Shown here: in pieces, positions 43,915-53,052 of the stretch | How the letters are laid out: every line of letters starts with the position of its first letter | How positions within the stretch are numbered: the stretch's first letter is position 1 | Source of the DNA: Aulosira sp. ZfuVER01 | GTDB lineage: Bacteria > Cyanobacteriota > Cyanobacteriia > Cyanobacteriales > Nostocaceae | Length of the DNA: 64,000 bases | Assembly (NCBI GenBank): GCA_034530615.2 | Contig: JAVRCV020000071.1 | Span: 32,001 to 96,000, forward strand | Direction: 5' to 3' | Program-made: the position numbers and the translations under genes | The notes under the pieces: generated by a model | Databases searched by the model: none | What the model saw: only the letters and a program-made list of their open reading frames with translations | Told to the model about the DNA's origin: nothing

Positions 43915-44619
43915 AGTAACTGGTTCTCCTTAATCTACTTGCTAACCTTGGCATCGGACTCAAAAAGACAGGCTTTTTGTAAACCAGGAAAATTAGAGCC
44001 ATATGGCACTCCAATGTTTCCAGGACACAAAAAACTATGTCCTTACTGTTTGGTGAATCCGTTTACTTTCACTCACTTGTTCACCAGAACAGCCATAAGC
44101 ACCTTCCCAAACGGAAGGGTTAACTTCTGGAATCAAGGCAAGGCTTTTGAGCTTTGCGCTTTGTGCAGCAATGCTTTTATCCAAGCAATTGCTTAGGCAC
44201 TTTCTGGAGGCAGCGCCCCGATCAGATTTTCCGAATTGAGGCGACAGCCGTGTTGTAGTTGGACTTAAGTAGCTTTTTGCCACTCAGTATCCTTTAACTG
44301 AGACTAATGTAATGCTATCAAACCAACATTACTGCTCAGTTTCTACTCCGACTAAATTACCTTAAACTATTGTTCAAGGTTTTGCCTACTTTTTCAGGAC
44401 TACAGGAGTGAATGTAGTCTGGAACTTAGGGTTGGCTTTAATTTTCCAGCCAGAAGTTCTAAAAGTTGACCCGAAAGCTTTTTTAGTCTACCAGTCTCTG
44501 ATCGCTCTTTTGCTAGCTTTCTCCAAATTTGGAATCAAGTCATTAACTCTTGATGCTTACACTAGCTCAGAATGCCAATAAGAGGGCAACCTAATTTGCG
44601 TATTTGGTCACAATCTAAC

Positions 44620-44648
44620 AATATAAATGATTTATTTAGATTTGTCTA
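44620..44648 (-). promoter_or_regulatory. Predicted sigma70-type promoter of the ribosomal superoperon
   Basis: Minus strand TAGACA-17 bp-TATATT. Confidence 0.55.
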
Positions 44649-44875
44649 GGAATTTATTTTAAGAGAGCCGCCACAAAGTAGAGGGCTGTCAGGGCTTTAG
44701 TCCTGAATTTGGCAGCACTCAAGTGCTTACTACGAATTCATCAAAATTATGGGTAAATCAGCAAATTGCAATGACCGTGCCTCAGCCTAATATAGATCAT
44801 AAGTTAATTGTTGAACCGAATTCAGCGGTTCACGGTAAATAATAGAGATATCTAAGTGAGATAGAACGAATATCT

Positions 44876-45352
44876 ATGGCACTACTTACCACTGGCAACG
44901 CTTTTATTCGCGAACTCGAAAAAGTTGGCTCTCTTGGTGTTTATGTACCTCCCGAAGGGGGTTATGAAGGTCGATATCGCCGCCGACTGCGTGCAACTGG
45001 CTATGAAACTCTCCATATTAGCGCTAAGGGGCTGGGAGATTTGGCTGCCTATCTCACGGGAGTGCATGGAGTCAGACCGCCTCATTTGGGTAAAAAAAGT
45101 ACTGGTACTGGTGCGGCAGTAGGCTCTGTATACTATTTGCCGCCTATCATCAGTTCTCACCTAGAACAGTTACCACCAAAGTCCAAGGGGCTGGTTTTGT
45201 GGATTATTGAGGGGCATATTCTTTCCAATCAGGAGCTTGATTTTTTAACGGCTTTACCTCGCTTGGAACCAAAAGTAAAAGTAGTAATTGAGAGGGGTGG
45301 CGATCGCGCCTTCCGTTGGACTCCTCTAGAAAAAACGCTTTTAGCTAGTTAG
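44876..45352 (+). CDS. ndhN: NDH-1 subunit N
   Basis: EGGYEGRYRRRLR, HGVRPPHLGK. Confidence 0.95.
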   Translation: MALLTTGNAFIRELEKVGSLGVYVPPEGGYEGRYRRRLRATGYETLHISAKGLGDLAAYLTGVHGVRPPHLGKKSTGTGAAVGSVYYLPPIISSHLEQLPPKSKGLVLWIIEGHILSNQELDFLTALPRLEPKVKVVIERGGDRAFRWTPLEKTLLAS

Positions 45353-45398
45353 TCATTGGTCATTAGTCATTGGTCATTTGACTCTTGACTTTTGACTA

Positions 45399-45869
45399 TC
45401 AGTTCAATTCCATCAGCATTTCTATAGTGCTGATGCGAAAACCACAGGATGCAAACAACCGTCGCGCCGCTTCGTTAATAGCTGCGGTATCTAGCCTGAT
45501 TTGCTTGACTCCCATTTCCTTAAAGCTTTCCATAGCCAGCATCACCATCTGCCGTGCTACTCCTTGTTGGCGATATTCTGGCTCAACCCAAATATCATGA
45601 ATAAAGGCAAATTCTTGTAACCGATAAATTGGAATTTCGCGTTCAACTGTCGCTACTAGAAACGCTACCAAATTCTCTTCATCTTCAGTTACTAAAAATA
45701 CATCTCTATCATTAATTGCCAATCGCCCCAACCATTTTTCATAACGCTGCTCTGGATAAGGAAGAAAACCATATTTAGCAGAATCCCAAGAGTCATGCAA
45801 AGCACAAATCTTAGCAACCATTGGTAAAACTTTGGGTACGTCGGCTGGGATAGCGGTGCGGATGAGCAT
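45399..45869 (-). CDS. GNAT family N-acetyltransferase
   Basis: WVEPEYRQQGVA, NEAARRLF..CGF. Confidence 0.88.
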   Translation of the reverse strand: MLIRTAIPADVPKVLPMVAKICALHDSWDSAKYGFLPYPEQRYEKWLGRLAINDRDVFLVTEDEENLVAFLVATVEREIPIYRLQEFAFIHDIWVEPEYRQQGVARQMVMLAMESFKEMGVKQIRLDTAAINEAARRLFASCGFRISTIEMLMELN

Positions 45870-46032
45870 AATTTCTGGAAGCACAAATAGGCTGAAAAAT
45901 GCTAGATTGCTCTGATTATTTGATCTTATTGCCAAAATACAACACCCTAGAAGGGTGTGGCTATAAAAACAAAGCCCGCCTGCACGGCCTGTAAGGATTT
46001 TATATTATGCCTGTCCAATTGGGTGTTTCTTC

Positions 46033-46710
46033 TTACTGCTGAATCTGTTGCAAAAGGAATTGTGTCTTTTGATACCCTGGTGTATTTCCTTGCTGCTGAA
46101 ATAAACTTGCAGCTTGCTGGAGGTCTGTAACGGCACTTTTGCGATCGCCTAAAGCATATAGTGCCAATCCTCTGTTACCGTAAGCATCAGCTAAGGTAGA
46201 GTCGATTTTAATTGCCTGAGTAAAGTTGGAGATGGCTTGTTGATGCTTGCCATTTTTAAAATGAGCGAGTCCCAAGTTATAGTATCCATCTGGCGATCGC
46301 GGGTCTATTTTTACTGACTGGTTAAAATCAGCAATAGCTTTTTGCAAGTTTCCTACTTCGACATAGGAGATACCGCGACCATTGTAAGCGTCTGTGTGGC
46401 GAGGATTAATTTGTAGTGCTTGATTGTAGTCAGCGATCGCAGATTGAAAATCTCCCAAATTAGTTTTTGCTAAACCCCGTAAACAAAAACCTTCATAAAA
46501 TTTTGGGTTTAAGCGTACCACTTCGTTAAAGTCTGCAATAGCTGCGTTGAAGTTACCCTGCGCTAGCTTTTGTACACCCTGGTTGTAATGCTGTTGAACA
46601 TCCACCGATTTCTCTGTTTTTGATGAAGCTTCAGCTTGAGCGATCGGAGACATCACACCCAGTAACATCGTTATTCCCAAGATAGTGAATGCTTGCTGAA
46701 TAGGTTTCAT
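46033..46710 (-). CDS. Exported TPR protein
   Basis: Signal peptide (AQA) then ~5 TPRs (AIADYNQAL...AYNGRG). Confidence 0.88.
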   Translation of the reverse strand: MKPIQQAFTILGITMLLGVMSPIAQAEASSKTEKSVDVQQHYNQGVQKLAQGNFNAAIADFNEVVRLNPKFYEGFCLRGLAKTNLGDFQSAIADYNQALQINPRHTDAYNGRGISYVEVGNLQKAIADFNQSVKIDPRSPDGYYNLGLAHFKNGKHQQAISNFTQAIKIDSTLADAYGNRGLALYALGDRKSAVTDLQQAASLFQQQGNTPGYQKTQFLLQQIQQ

Positions 46711-46907
46711 ATTTTTTTCCTCCAGCAGTATCTTCTTCTATGGATCATTGTACTGAGGAAGCAGGAATTAGATTTGAATGTCCGATTTGTTACAAACCTT
46801 TTGAAATTAGACTCTATTTGTAACAAAAACTGTAACAACGATGTATTTAACAATTTATCCGTCTAAATTGATGTAAAAACTCCGCGTAATCCCTGAGTAG
46901 ACGGGTA

Positions 46908-47762
46908 ATGATACTTAATGATATCCGAGATTATCAGATTCTCTTTCTTTCCTTGTTCCTAGTTTTGGGAATTGGTACAAGGGACTGGACGCTGCGACCG
47001 GAGTTAATAGGAGTAGCGATCGCGACTTGTCTATTAACGCAATGGATTTTGTCGTCAGCGATTAGCCCAGAACAAAAGCTGAATATTCGTAGTGCCTTAA
47101 TTACCTCATTGGGACTCAGTTTACTGTTGCGGGCGGATCATTGGACAACAATGGCTTTGGCCGCAGTAAGTGCGATCGCTAGCAAATTTCTCTTCCAAGT
47201 TGGTAAAAAGCATTTCTTCAATCCAGCGAATTTTGGCATTATTACCGCCTTGCTACTCACCTCTGATGCTTGGGTTTCACCAGGACAGTGGGGAGAGGAT
47301 TGGTGGTATGGGCTGTTATTTGTCGGGACTGGTGGCATGATTGTGCAGCGAGTTGGTCGCTGGGACACTACCTCCGCCTTCTTGGGTTCCTACGCATTGC
47401 TAGAGGCGATTCGTAATGTGTGGCTGGGATGGACTTGGGATGTTTATTGGCATCGGTTGATGAGTGGATCTTTGTTGTTATTTGCCCTATTTATGGTCAC
47501 CGATCCTCGGTCAATTCCCAATGCCAGAATCGCACGTATAGTTTGGGCAATCTGCATCGCCATATTCACTTTTATACTGCGGAATTATTTCTTTATTTCC
47601 AGCGCAGTTTTTTGGGCACTGTTTATCCTAGCACCGTTGACCATTCTGTTCGATGCCTTCTGGTCAGCCTCAGAATATTCCTGGTTTAGTAAAGATGGGA
47701 ACACTAGTGTTACTGAAAATTCCCCAGTATCTAGCACTCAGCCCTTAATTCCTAGTCCCTAA
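46908..47762 (+). CDS. RnfD/NqrB-like integral membrane protein
   Basis: KHFFNPANFG and LFALFMVTDP motifs; multi-TM. Confidence 0.75.
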   Translation: MILNDIRDYQILFLSLFLVLGIGTRDWTLRPELIGVAIATCLLTQWILSSAISPEQKLNIRSALITSLGLSLLLRADHWTTMALAAVSAIASKFLFQVGKKHFFNPANFGIITALLLTSDAWVSPGQWGEDWWYGLLFVGTGGMIVQRVGRWDTTSAFLGSYALLEAIRNVWLGWTWDVYWHRLMSGSLLLFALFMVTDPRSIPNARIARIVWAICIAIFTFILRNYFFISSAVFWALFILAPLTILFDAFWSASEYSWFSKDGNTSVTENSPVSSTQPLIPSP

Positions 47763-47796
47763 ATGTTTGAAACACTGAACACAGTCGAGAAATAAA

Positions 47797-49173
47797 ATGA
47801 AACCTTTAAGATTTTTCATCCCCATAGTGATGGCATTAATAGCTGTGCTATGTTTTGCCCCCACAGCATGGGCATTCTGTGGATTTTATGTTTCCAAAGC
47901 TGATACCAAGCTGTATAACAAAGCTTCTCAAGTAGTAATTGCGCGGGATGGCGATCGCACTGTCCTGACAATGGCTAACGATTTTCAAGGCGAAGTCAAA
48001 GATTTTGCGATCGTTGTACCTGTACCCACAGTGCTGCAAAAAGAGCAGGTTCATGTTGCTGAACCCAAGATTATCGAGCGTTTAGATGCTTTTAGCGCAC
48101 CGAGATTAGTAGAATATTTCGACTCCGATCCCTGCGCTCGTGTTTATGAGTATGACAAACCTCAAGCAGCGGCTGCACCAGCATCCAGAAATGAAGCAGG
48201 GGGTACGAGAGGGCGTGCTGATAGTTTGGGTGTCACTGTTGAGGCGCGTTTTAACGTTGGCGAATACGACATTGTGATTCTCAGCGCCAAAGAATCTGGA
48301 GGATTGGAAACCTGGCTGAATCGCAATGGCTACAAAATTCCAAAAGGGGCAAAAGAGTTACTTCAGCCCTATGTCCGTTCTTCGATGAAATTCTTTGTTG
48401 CGAAAGTCAACTTAGAGAAATTTGAGACATCTGGCTATCAATTACTTCGTCCGTTACAAATTTCCTACAAATCACCCAAGTTTATACTGCCTATTCGGTT
48501 GGGCATGATTAACGCCGCCAGCGAGCAAGATGTAATTGTCTATATCCTATCGCCCAAAGGACAGGCAGAAACTACCAACTACCGGACGGTAAAAGTTCCT
48601 TCTGATGCCAATATTCCGTTGTTTGTCAAAGATGAATTTGGCGAATTCTATAAGTCTATGTTCCAAACTTCCTACAATAAGGAAGACCGGAAAGTGGCTT
48701 TCTTAGAATATGCTTGGGATATGAGTAGTTGCGATCCTTGTTCTGCTGAACCCTTATCTCGAGAGGAACTCAAGCAAGCAGGTGTATTCTGGTTAGATGG
48801 TGATTCTACCAATGGTGTTCCAGCACCCCGTAGTTTCCGTCCTCCTGTTTCTAGCAGTAGTGTCTTCATTAGTCGGTTGCATATCCGCTATACCCGCAAC
48901 AAATTTCCTGAAGATCCGATGTTCCATGAAACTTCCAATAGCGAATCTTTTCAAGGACGTTACATTTTACAACATCCATTTTCTGGCGACCTTAATTGTC
49001 CAGCAGGGCGAGAATATAAACAATCTTTGCCTAGGCGTTTTGAACAAGAAGCACAAACTCTAGCTAAGTTAACCAATTGGAATATTCAAGACATTCGTCG
49101 CAAGATGAAGTTGACTGTTGGTGATATCACACCTTCTTGGTGGCAAAGTTTCTTTTCTTGGCTGGGATTATAG
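47797..49173 (+). CDS. DUF2330-like exported protein
   Basis: Signal peptide AWA/FCGFYV, DAFSAPRLVEY, EYAWD..CDPC. Confidence 0.75.
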   Translation: MKPLRFFIPIVMALIAVLCFAPTAWAFCGFYVSKADTKLYNKASQVVIARDGDRTVLTMANDFQGEVKDFAIVVPVPTVLQKEQVHVAEPKIIERLDAFSAPRLVEYFDSDPCARVYEYDKPQAAAAPASRNEAGGTRGRADSLGVTVEARFNVGEYDIVILSAKESGGLETWLNRNGYKIPKGAKELLQPYVRSSMKFFVAKVNLEKFETSGYQLLRPLQISYKSPKFILPIRLGMINAASEQDVIVYILSPKGQAETTNYRTVKVPSDANIPLFVKDEFGEFYKSMFQTSYNKEDRKVAFLEYAWDMSSCDPCSAEPLSREELKQAGVFWLDGDSTNGVPAPRSFRPPVSSSSVFISRLHIRYTRNKFPEDPMFHETSNSESFQGRYILQHPFSGDLNCPAGREYKQSLPRRFEQEAQTLAKLTNWNIQDIRRKMKLTVGDITPSWWQSFFSWLGL

Positions 49174-49393
49174 CTAAAGTGCACTCAGTTTACGTGTATT
49201 AAAGTTGTATAGTTTGTTGCTTCAGCAAGACGTGGGGATACTTCATCTAACAAGCTCTCCGCGTCTTTTTTAGTACTTTAGCTCAAGTTATCCACTTAGC
49301 TTATGAGGCGAAAGAATTAATATCACGATAAAGGGTAATTCTTTAGTACATTGTTATACGCAATACTATGATATTCTTGCTTGCTTAACTCAG

Positions 49394-50050
49394 ATGGCTA
49401 TGGTTGAATTGGATGAACAGCTACGCTACTTAGTTGCAAAAGCCTGTGAAAACCCACCTGGAAGTCCTCAGCGTCAGAAGCTGCTCACGCAAATCATTCG
49501 CTTGACTGCAAGTAGACTCTGGAGGGAAAGTACTTCCTATTATCAAGACGCGCTGCAACAAACTTGGTTATATTTTTGTCGCAACATTTGTGAAGCTAAC
49601 ACAGGTCAAGCCTACGATCCTACTTATGGGAGTGTTGTAACTTGGCTGAATGCTTATTTGAAACGCCGACTTCAAGACTTTTACCTCAATCAGCAACGAG
49701 AACAAGTTATTAAAGTCCCTTTAAAGGTACGCCAGTCTAGTTCGGGTGAGAATAGTAACACTATTGATCCAGTAGAAAACCTGGCTGCTACCCCGGAAGC
49801 TCCTCCGATTTTGGAAAACGTCAGGATATGGGCAGAAGCCGATACTAACGGAGAACTACGCGCTACATATATAAAAGGGCGTCCAGATGTTAATTGTCAG
49901 GTGTTAATTTTGAAACGCTTACCCCCAGAAGCTAGTTGGAAAGAATTGTCTGAGGAATTTAATTTATCAATTCCTACTTTAAGCAGTTTTTATCAGCGTC
50001 AGTGTTTGCCACGCTTACGTAAATTTGCGGAAGTTGAAGGGTATTTATAA
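49394..50050 (+). CDS. Sigma-70-like (ECF-related) factor
   Basis: YQDALQQTW region-2-like, TWLNAYLKRR, C-terminal HTH SWKELSEEF..IPTLSSFYQR. Confidence 0.7.
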   Translation: MAMVELDEQLRYLVAKACENPPGSPQRQKLLTQIIRLTASRLWRESTSYYQDALQQTWLYFCRNICEANTGQAYDPTYGSVVTWLNAYLKRRLQDFYLNQQREQVIKVPLKVRQSSSGENSNTIDPVENLAATPEAPPILENVRIWAEADTNGELRATYIKGRPDVNCQVLILKRLPPEASWKELSEEFNLSIPTLSSFYQRQCLPRLRKFAEVEGYL

Positions 50051-50058
50051 ATTTCAGT

Positions 50059-50640
50059 CTATTCCAATCTGATGTCGCGCCTGAGCGTTACTGAATTGAC
50101 AATGCCATCTTCTACACCATGCTCTTGTGGCGTGACATCCGCAATAACTGCACAAGTGCGTGGCGTATTGGGAATATCAACATCGAATACTAACTTTGTT
50201 GGTCTATTACGATGAAGCTTTGGTGGTTTTGAATAATTACCAAAAGCCTCTCTCAGCATTTTCACTGTAAGTTTGCTGGGATCTGCTAAAGTAAGTTCTA
50301 CGTGCGCTGGCTCATTGGTTCCTGCTTGTCGCACAACCCGCGCCTCTTGAAAAGCCGAATTAGATGGCTGAACAATTACAGGCCAATCCTTTCCCTGGTC
50401 TTCCACAATTGTACCTAGGCTAGTAGCAGCTGCTTGAGCAGTCAAAGGTGCGTTAGATAAAACATTACACAAATTCTGTAAAGTCTCAATCATAGTTGTC
50501 TCCTGATTCAGCTTTGCTTGTAAGGGTGCGATCGCACTTTTATGAGGTTGGGAAATAGATGTTGCACCAGTCTGACAGCTAGCTAAAGCCCAAATAACAA
50601 TGGCGATTATCTGGAGAAGTTTACTTTTTGAGATAAGCAT
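50059..50640 (-). CDS. Putative lipoprotein, candidate immunity protein
   Basis: K-rich N-terminus, hydrophobic core, lipobox LASC; overlaps the upstream gene. Confidence 0.65.
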   Translation of the reverse strand: MLISKSKLLQIIAIVIWALASCQTGATSISQPHKSAIAPLQAKLNQETTMIETLQNLCNVLSNAPLTAQAAATSLGTIVEDQGKDWPVIVQPSNSAFQEARVVRQAGTNEPAHVELTLADPSKLTVKMLREAFGNYSKPPKLHRNRPTKLVFDVDIPNTPRTCAVIADVTPQEHGVEDGIVNSVTLRRDIRLE

Positions 50641-51880
50641 CTGTAACTGCTCCACCTACTCTCCAAGCATCAGCCTCTTCTGGCAAGTCTCGGTACTTAT
50701 CGTATGTTATGTCATACTGCTGTTGAGCTTTGTCTAGCTTTGCCTTATTAGCATCAGTAGGAGACTTATCATACTGCTCTTGGGCTTTGTCTAAAGCTTT
50801 TTGTTTGGTATCGAGATCTGTAAGAACTCGATCGCGATAATCTGCTTTTGCGCCATAAACACTCTCATACCAGCCTTCAGCTATGAGTGCTTCCATACTG
50901 CCTGATTTGAGGGGGTTGCTGAAAGCACTGCTGGCAATATTGGGGGGAATCCCCATTTCTTTAGCGATCGCTTTGGCAGATTTGCCTTTTCCCGCTAGCA
51001 TCCGCGCCATCATATACCATTGTTCTGCATGGCGGGCTTCATGGTAAACTGTATCAGCTATATCAGCTGCCGCTTCATCAGTTAATGAGGCTTGAGAAAA
51101 AGCTTCTTTGCCTAAGTCTAATGTCCAGGTAGGAAAATCAAACTGACCTGCATCTGTTCCCAAATCTTTAATGGCTTTATTACAAACAGGTACACCGGCA
51201 GCCTGAAGTTGCTTGTTGACTGCTGCTAACAAAGCATCGGCTCGTTCATTTGTAGTTTTCAGTTTTGCCCAATCAGCCTGAACTTGCTTGGCTTCACCTA
51301 CATACTCATTAGTAGCATCAGTTGTTGCTAATCCTGTAGGGAAGGCGGCTGGCAAGGTTCTTGGCCCTGCTTTACCATCGATTTTCAAAGGTGGGTGTTC
51401 CTGCTGCCATTTTGCTACTGCTTGAATTGTCTCGTCATCGATCGCTCCTGTGGGTGTACTTCCGACTGTCTGCTGAATCTGCGTAATAATCTCAGGGGTA
51501 TACTGTTTACTACGGCTAGCATAATAAGCTTTAGCTGAACTCACCTGTGCAGCTGTTAGCAATTCAGCGTCTTTATCCTCGAATCGCTGCACCTCAAAGT
51601 TAGAAGTGAGTTTGGCTTGGGGACGCAGTGAGATGCGGCTAATATCGTGGACTAGAGGCTGTTGTAGTAAAGCGTCTTCTGAAGACAGTTCACTAGCAGA
51701 TGGTAATGCTGGAAAATTGGACGAATCCCCATTTCCTTTTTTCGTCAAAATTCGATCGGCTGAGAAACCAAAGCCGCGTGTTGGGTTCGCCAACGAAGGG
51801 GTTGTTGGTGATGTTAACGATGGATTTGTATATTTGGATGTACCTGCTTTCTGGCGCTGTATCTTGATACGCTCGCTCAT
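50621..51880 (-). CDS. Putative secreted effector: cargo-like leader, PG-binding domain, HExxH metallopeptidase
   Basis: HDISRISLRPQAKL..VQR; DGKAGPRT; VYHEARHAEQW ... EEADAW. Confidence 0.7.
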   Translation of the reverse strand: MSERIKIQRQKAGTSKYTNPSLTSPTTPSLANPTRGFGFSADRILTKKGNGDSSNFPALPSASELSSEDALLQQPLVHDISRISLRPQAKLTSNFEVQRFEDKDAELLTAAQVSSAKAYYASRSKQYTPEIITQIQQTVGSTPTGAIDDETIQAVAKWQQEHPPLKIDGKAGPRTLPAAFPTGLATTDATNEYVGEAKQVQADWAKLKTTNERADALLAAVNKQLQAAGVPVCNKAIKDLGTDAGQFDFPTWTLDLGKEAFSQASLTDEAAADIADTVYHEARHAEQWYMMARMLAGKGKSAKAIAKEMGIPPNIASSAFSNPLKSGSMEALIAEGWYESVYGAKADYRDRVLTDLDTKQKALDKAQEQYDKSPTDANKAKLDKAQQQYDITYDKYRDLPEEADAWRVGGAVTDAYLKK

Positions 51881-52046
51881 CTGGTTCAACCCCCCAGCAG
51901 TAGCCTAGTCACGGCATACTGTTAAGATGCATCATATAGTTTGTGGAGATGCGATCGCTATCGACTTTAGTATAATTGATGCTCTCATCATGAAGCGAAA
52001 TGGAATTTAGAGATTTCTCTGTTGCCTTTTAATAGACATAATATTA

Positions 52047-52078
52047 AGCTTCCTACAGTTCACAAACCATAGGAAGCA
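52047..52078 (-). terminator. Hairpin downstream of HCP gene
   Basis: GCTTCCTA...TAGGAAGC. Confidence 0.5.
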
Positions 52079-52120
52079 GTGTTCCGGTTAAATACTAAAA
52101 CAGAAGCAAAAGTTCAGGTT

Positions 52121-52612
52121 TTAAATTTCCGCACCTGGTCTTGGTTGAGCACCCATTGGTGCTACATAATCGCGGAAAAGAGTAATTTGCTGCTCAAAAG
52201 CTAGCCCTTTAATTCTATCTAAAAGAGCTTGAGATTGTGAGGGTAGTTTGTAATCAGGAGGTACGGGAATAATAGTTCCTTGATCCATACCTTGAGATAA
52301 GCGATACCAAAATAGTAATTTTGTGGTATCACCAAAAGAACCATATTCACGGGAAATTTGCGTATCGGCTTTGTTAATTAAATCCCGCTGAACTTGTAGT
52401 TGTTCTTCATGAGATAATCTTTGAACTTGATTGAACAAGCTTTCTGCAATTTCTGGGGAAACAGTGCTAGCACCAGGCGCTGCTGGTGTAATTGCTTTAC
52501 CCATTTCTTTGTAGATGAACCAAAACAAAGCGAGTTGTTGATCCACATCCAATTGTTGCCAAGCTTGAACATGTTCGCGAATAGTTGGATCGCCGGTTTG
52601 GGTGTATGTCAT
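52121..52612 (-). CDS. Helical carotenoid protein (OCP N-terminal domain homolog)
   Basis: DQQLALFWFIYKEMG, ITPAAPGA, KLLFWYRL, QQITLFRD. Confidence 0.9.
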   Translation of the reverse strand: MTYTQTGDPTIREHVQAWQQLDVDQQLALFWFIYKEMGKAITPAAPGASTVSPEIAESLFNQVQRLSHEEQLQVQRDLINKADTQISREYGSFGDTTKLLFWYRLSQGMDQGTIIPVPPDYKLPSQSQALLDRIKGLAFEQQITLFRDYVAPMGAQPRPGAEI

Positions 52613-53052
52613 TACAAACTCCGCTTATAACTCTTCAATTTCTTAGACAAAACTAACAAAGTTATATTTGCGATTTAACCCTACTGAAGGCATAAGTATA
52701 GAAATTAAAGCTCACACTAATGGTAAATTTGCAGAAATACAGAATTTCTCAGGATTACATTTGTTAATCTCTAATTTTTAAGATTAAATTCTGCGACCAA
52801 AAGTATCAGAGAAAATTTTATTTTAACCATCCTGAAGGTAGATGTAGATTAATTGAGAATACAAAATTGAATTGCAATTTTTGGTCAGTACTGAAAAAAT
52901 ATTTACGGTTATTGCTCAGGATAAACACCACAGAAACCTGATTTTAGATTGCAGATATATCGCTGGATAGGTTCACTAAATTAGTGCATTTACCCTCTAT
53001 GCTGAAAGTGGTCTAGCCTAGTAAGCACAAAAATTAGAGGGGATTATTCAAT

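Noticed and set aside
43765..44283. 143-aa (+) and 82-aa (-) ORFs upstream of rplC
   Set aside because: Antisense overlap or atypical composition; the region is better explained as structured leader RNA.
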